This document shows, in pieces, positions 6,330 to 10,609 of a stretch of 10,609 nt of DNA; the first letter of the stretch is position 1, and every line of letters begins with the position of its first letter. The stretch is from Candidatus Aegiribacteria sp. (lineage in GTDB: Bacteria; Fermentibacterota; Fermentibacteria; Fermentibacterales; JCC-6). The stretch spans positions 1 through 10,609 of the forward strand of contig JAWOBF010000048.1 of NCBI GenBank assembly GCA_046498225.1, in the 5' to 3' direction. The notes beneath the pieces were generated by a model. That model had not been told where the DNA came from and searched no databases. It was given only the letters and a program-made list of their open reading frames with translations. A program made the position numbers and the translations under genes.

Positions 6330-6816
6330 GAACGAAGTCCTGATGACGCGAAGAAGGAAGATAATCCGGTTCACCTGCCACGGTGTGCCCGCCAGGCCCG
6401 GAACGGCGGGAAAACTTTTCACCGCCCTGGGCGGAAGGAACATAAACGTCATTCACATGTTCAACACAGAACATGGACCTGAGGAGGGGGACATCACCTT
6501 CAGCGTGGCAGAGGATTGCTACGAAAAGACAAAAGAGGTGCTGGACCAGGTCGGGGGCAGTATCGGCATAGAGGACGTGACCGTGCAGCAAGACCTGGCC
6601 ATACTCAGCTTCGACCTGGAGGAGACCGTCTGCGAGACGGTGATAGGGACTATGACCCTGGCCCTCAGCGCCCTTGCCAAGGAACAGATCGACGTCAAAC
6701 ATATCGCCGCCAGCCGCAACCGGGTCTTCGTAGTGCTCACCGACGAGGAGGCTGACAGGGCCTCCTACATACTAAGCCGGGTGCTGAAGGAAGACCCCAT
6801 CATCTACCCCATCTGA
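6328..6816 (+). CDS. Stand-alone tandem ACT-domain protein, similar to the aspartokinase beta subunit (C-terminal regulatory region)
   Basis: 162 aa. GVPARPGTAGKLFTALGGRNINV...DITFSV matches the aspartokinase ACT1 pattern (gvpdxPGxaaxxFxaLaxxxInv...disFtv). DLAILSF...ALSALAKEQIDVKHIAASRNRVFVVL matches ACT2. It has its own SD and no kinase domain upstream. Confidence 0.8.
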   Translation: MNEVLMTRRRKIIRFTCHGVPARPGTAGKLFTALGGRNINVIHMFNTEHGPEEGDITFSVAEDCYEKTKEVLDQVGGSIGIEDVTVQQDLAILSFDLEETVCETVIGTMTLALSALAKEQIDVKHIAASRNRVFVVLTDEEADRASYILSRVLKEDPIIYPI

Positions 6817-6835
6817 TACTGAAGGAGGGTCCTAT

Positions 6836-9166
6836 ATGAAAATATCCTCTTTTACGGCAGTCGTTCCGCTGCTTTTTTCGATGGCTGCCGCATACACGGC
6901 CCCCGGGCCGGCTCCGGTCTTCGACTGGGTCGCCTATCCCGAGTCGGGGAACCCGGAGCTGATAAATCCCGCGGGATTCAGTTTTGTGCGGGATCTGCGC
7001 CTCAGGTTCGGTTACGCAGTTTCTGACAGCGCCTTCGAGGGATTTGACAGGGTTTCCATTGCCCTTCCCGGGGGCGGACTTTCCGGCTGGTGGGAGGACC
7101 GTGAAAGCATGAGGAAGTTCACCCTCTCCTCCAGTTTCCAGCTTTTCGACAACACCGCCTCACTGGGCGCCTCCTACGCCTGGTTCGATCCCACGGTGGA
7201 ATCCGGCATTTTCTCGGGGAAGGATATCTTCACCCTGGGAATGACGGTACGTCCAATCCGGTGGTTCAGCCTGGGAATGGTTCGCAGGGGCGGGGTCGAT
7301 CTTCCGGGTGACGATGACGTGGAGCCGTCCTACCGCGCCGGACTGGGAGTGAGACCCGCTGGGAACGACCTCACCTTGACCCTGGACCTGGAAACAGGCA
7401 GCGATTTCGATGATTACAGTCTCTCGGCGGGGGCAGAGGTGCGTCCCATGGAGGGGCTGGCGCTGAGGGCGGGGCTGTCCGAGGACAGGCTAAGTCTGGG
7501 ACTTGAGACCGGACTGGGAACCTCGGCCCTTTCATTCGGGGCGCAGAGCGACGACGATTACCATTACGGCTCCTCCAGGGGAGAGGTGATATTCACCGCG
7601 TCACCGGGGGAGAACATCCTCAGGCCGCGCGGGGTCTATGTCAGGTTCGAACCGGGGGATTTCGACGAACTGCGCCAGAGACCCTTCCTGTCCACGGTTC
7701 GTCCCTGTTTCACGGAAGTAGCCCTTCTCCTGCTCAGGATCGCCTCGGACAGTGACGTTTCAGGCGTCATAATGGACATCAGGGGTTCCGTCGGTTCTCC
7801 GGCCCGGGCTGAGGAGCTCCGTTACCTGCTGCAGGGCATCAGAGATGCCGGCAAGAGCGTTCATGTCTACATGGAGGACGGCAGCAGCGATGAATACTAT
7901 CTGGCGTCCGTCGGCACATCCGTCTACATCCATCCCGCAGGCTCGGTCGCCTTCACCGGCGTTTCCTCCGAGTCCTTCTTCCTCAGGGATTTCCTGGACA
8001 GGATAGGCATCTATCCGGATTTCCAGCATATCGGCAGATTCAAGAGCGCCAGTGATATGCTCACCCGGTCGGATATGTCCGAAGCCCAGAGGACAGCTAC
8101 CACCGAACTGCTGGAGTCCTTCCAGGATGAGCTCACCGCCGGTGTGGCCAATGGAAGGGGGCTGGAACCGGCCCAGCTTCGTACCATCATGGAAACCGGC
8201 CCCTATACGGCCGAACGGGCCAGGTCGGCGGGAATGGTGGATGAAGTCTGCTACCGGGACCGGGTCGCCGACCGTATCGAAGAAGGGATCACTGTACTGT
8301 CCCTCGAGGAATACTCTTCCGCGCTGCCTTCGGAGGATGACTGGGGCCCCGGCGGTCACATCGCGGTGGTTACCGCCTCCGGTTCAATAATGAGGGGTGA
8401 GAGCGGCTCCTCGTTCCCCTTCGGCAGGGTGATGGGCAGCGAGACCGTCTGCGACGCCCTGAAGCAGGCCGCCTCCCGGCCCGGTGTCCGCGCCATAATC
8501 CTGAGAATAGACTCCGGGGGAGGGGACGCCCTGGCCAGCGCCGACATGTATCATGCCGTCATGCAGGTCAGGGAGGATGTGCCGGTTATAGTCTCCATGG
8601 GAGGCGTGGCAGCCTCCGGCGGATACTACATGGCCTGCGGGGCCGACCGTATCTTCGCCGACAGGATGACGGTCACCGGCTCGGTGGGCATCATCTCCGG
8701 AAAGTTCGCCTTCGGCGACATGCTGGACAGCCTGGGCATAAACACCGAGGAGGTTTCCACAGGTCCAATGGCTTCGATGTACAGCCCCTTCCACCGGTTC
8801 AGCGAAGGCCAGAGGGAACGGGCATTCCTCCTGATGGAGGACGGTTACAACCTCTTCGTCGAGACCGTGGCCGGAGGCCGTGACATGACCTTCGAGGAGG
8901 TTGATTCCATCGGCCGTGGAAGGGTATGGTCAGGTACCGATGCCCTGGAGGTGGGCCTGGTGGACCAGCTGGGCGGAGTGGCCGACGCTGTTGCCTATGC
9001 AGCCGGTCTGGCAGGTATGGATGGTATTCCGGAGGTCCGTATCTATCCCACCCCCGAATTTCCCGGCACCATGGAAATTCCCGGATTCGGAGTGTCCGAG
9101 GAGCTGGTGGAGTTCATGGGCCGGGACCAGGCGCTTTACCTCATGCAGCCCCTGCGGCTGGAGTAG
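6836..9166 (+). CDS. sppA: Signal peptide peptidase A (protease IV, 67K-type, tandem S49 domains) with an N-terminal signal peptide and a predicted beta-barrel-like extension
   Basis: 776 aa, AAGGAGG SD. N-terminal S49 domain has YYLAS and GRFKSA (catalytic Lys403). C-terminal S49 domain has [21 protein letters not shown] (catalytic Ser594), TGSVGI (Ser616), and [20 protein letters not shown]. About 255 extra N-terminal residues precede the protease. Confidence 0.93.
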   Translation: MKISSFTAVVPLLFSMAAAYTAPGPAPVFDWVAYPESGNPELINPAGFSFVRDLRLRFGYAVSDSAFEGFDRVSIALPGGGLSGWWEDRESMRKFTLSSSFQLFDNTASLGASYAWFDPTVESGIFSGKDIFTLGMTVRPIRWFSLGMVRRGGVDLPGDDDVEPSYRAGLGVRPAGNDLTLTLDLETGSDFDDYSLSAGAEVRPMEGLALRAGLSEDRLSLGLETGLGTSALSFGAQSDDDYHYGSSRGEVIFTASPGENILRPRGVYVRFEPGDFDELRQRPFLSTVRPCFTEVALLLLRIASDSDVSGVIMDIRGSVGSPARAEELRYLLQGIRDAGKSVHVYMEDGSSDEYYLASVGTSVYIHPAGSVAFTGVSSESFFLRDFLDRIGIYPDFQHIGRFKSASDMLTRSDMSEAQRTATTELLESFQDELTAGVANGRGLEPAQLRTIMETGPYTAERARSAGMVDEVCYRDRVADRIEEGITVLSLEEYSSALPSEDDWGPGGHIAVVTASGSIMRGESGSSFPFGRVMGSETVCDALKQAASRPGVRAIILRIDSGGGDALASADMYHAVMQVREDVPVIVSMGGVAASGGYYMACGADRIFADRMTVTGSVGIISGKFAFGDMLDSLGINTEEVSTGPMASMYSPFHRFSEGQRERAFLLMEDGYNLFVETVAGGRDMTFEEVDSIGRGRVWSGTDALEVGLVDQLGGVADAVAYAAGLAGMDGIPEVRIYPTPEFPGTMEIPGFGVSEELVEFMGRDQALYLMQPLRLE

Positions 9167-9173
9167 ACGGGGT

Positions 9174-10607
9174 TCATGACTCGATATAGCTGAGCTTGAG
9201 CATGTTCGTCTTGCCGTGTTCCTGAAGGGGAATGCTGCCAACATGCACTATGGTGTCCCCCGGGCCCGCCAGTTCCGCTTCCCGAAGGAAATTCATGGAC
9301 CTGTCTACGTAATCCTCTATCTGTCCGGTGTTTTCAAGGTAGAAGGCCCGTACGCCCCATACCATTGACAGCATGGGCAGAAGGTCCCGGTTCATGGTGA
9401 ATGCGAAGATGCTCGACCTGGGCCTGTAGGACGATATCCTTACAGCGGTGTATCCCGAATGGGTGAAAGTGACTATGGATGAGGCCCCGGTCTGCCGGGC
9501 CATCTGGACGGCGCTGTAGCATATGGAGTCCGGAAGCGATTCCGTCGAGTGCCCCGGGGGGACAGAACCCCTGAAGTACTCACCGTCATGTTCCTCCGTC
9601 CAGTCTATTATCTTCTGCATGTTCCGTATGACCATCTCCGGGTATCTTCCCACCGCGGTCTCCCCGCTGAGCATCAGACAGTCGGCGCCGTCCAGCACCG
9701 CGTTGGCCACGTCGGTGGCCTCGGCCCTGGTCGGCCTGTGGCTCTCTATCATGCTCTCCATCATCTGGGTGGCGATTATCACCGGAGTGGCGGCCATTAT
9801 GCACCTGTCCACTATGGTCTTCTGGATCATCGGGACCTGGTGGAAATCCACTTCCACGCCCAGGTCGCCCCTTGCCACCATAACGGCGTCGGACACCCGA
9901 ACTATCTCCTCTATGTCATCCAGGGCCTGGGGCTTCTCTATCTTCGCCACCAGTCCGGCGCCGCTGCCGGCTTTCTCAACCAGCCGCCTGAGGTCCATCA
10001 TATCGGCGGCGGAGCGAACGAAGGAGAGGGCTATCCAGTCCACTTCATGCTCCAGCGCGAAAGCGGCGTCCGTCCTGTCCTTTTCGGTGAGACTGGGCAG
10101 CGAAAGTTTCGTGGAAGGAAGGTTCACTCCCTTCCTGGAGGACAGGGTCCCGCCGTGGACCACCATGGCGGTCACCCGGCTGGTTCCGTCGGTATCCACC
10201 ACCGAGAGTTCTATCCTTCCGTCGTCGATGAGTATACTGTCCCCCGGTTCCACATCCGCCGGCAGGGAGCCGTAGTTGAGGTAAGCCTCCCTCCGCGTGC
10301 CGATGCACTCCCGGTTGACCAGCGCGAACTCGTCCCCCTCCCTGAGAAGCACCTCGCCCCCCTCAACCTCTCCTATTCTCAGTTTGGGGCCCTGCAGGTC
10401 TGCCAGGATGGCCACATGGGAGTTCAGTTCCCGGTTGAGTTCGCGGACCATGCGAATGCAGTCCTCATGCTCCCGGCGGGTGCCGTGGGAGAAGTTCAGG
10501 CGGCAGACGTCTATTCCCTCCAGGAACATTCGGCGCAGAACTTCCCTCTCCGCTGTGGACGGGCCGAGGGTGGCTATAAGTTTGGTCCGGGAGCGCTCGT
10601 GACGCAC
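9174..10607 (-). CDS. pyk: Pyruvate kinase
   Basis: 477 aa. Motifs: RTKLIATLGP, RLNFSHG, DLQGPKLR, KGVNLP, ALSFVR, AKIEKP, VMVARGDLGVE, ATQMMESM, PTRAEATDVANAVLDGADCLMLSGETAVGRYP, WGV, TNML. The GTG start is at the window edge; the true start could be an ATG one codon upstream (window ends ...CA). Confidence 0.97.
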   Translation of the reverse strand: MRHERSRTKLIATLGPSTAEREVLRRMFLEGIDVCRLNFSHGTRREHEDCIRMVRELNRELNSHVAILADLQGPKLRIGEVEGGEVLLREGDEFALVNRECIGTRREAYLNYGSLPADVEPGDSILIDDGRIELSVVDTDGTSRVTAMVVHGGTLSSRKGVNLPSTKLSLPSLTEKDRTDAAFALEHEVDWIALSFVRSAADMMDLRRLVEKAGSGAGLVAKIEKPQALDDIEEIVRVSDAVMVARGDLGVEVDFHQVPMIQKTIVDRCIMAATPVIIATQMMESMIESHRPTRAEATDVANAVLDGADCLMLSGETAVGRYPEMVIRNMQKIIDWTEEHDGEYFRGSVPPGHSTESLPDSICYSAVQMARQTGASSIVTFTHSGYTAVRISSYRPRSSIFAFTMNRDLLPMLSMVWGVRAFYLENTGQIEDYVDRSMNFLREAELAGPGDTIVHVGSIPLQEHGKTNMLKLSYIES

Positions 10608-10609
10608 CA

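Noticed and set aside
9523..10602. + strand ORFs 9523..10275 and 10297..10602
   Set aside because: Ser/Thr-rich antisense shadows of pyk.

Overview
GC-rich bacterial window, probably from a diderm anaerobe, made up mostly of housekeeping and metabolic genes. On the left is gltX on the - strand (start 1086). Its GluRS-like sequence stops abruptly at about nt 121 and gives way to what reads as an unrelated + strand ORF fragment, and its KMSKS-type motif reads KLYKR. A short divergent promoter region precedes a tightly coupled + strand operon: sucC, sucD, split class I fumarate hydratase (alpha, beta) and malic enzyme, closed by a 12-bp terminator-like hairpin. Next come a highly structured leader of about 85 nt, a stand-alone tandem-ACT protein resembling an aspartokinase beta subunit without a kinase, and a 776-aa SppA (S49 peptidase). 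That SppA has a cleavable-looking signal peptide and an NPAG-containing, beta-barrel-like N-terminal domain. A convergent K+-independent-type pyruvate kinase ends the window. The best novelty candidate is the structured leader + orphan ACT + beta-barrel-SppA module. No mobile elements, CRISPR arrays, tRNA or rRNA genes were recognised. All calls come from manual translation and motif recognition; no searches were run.
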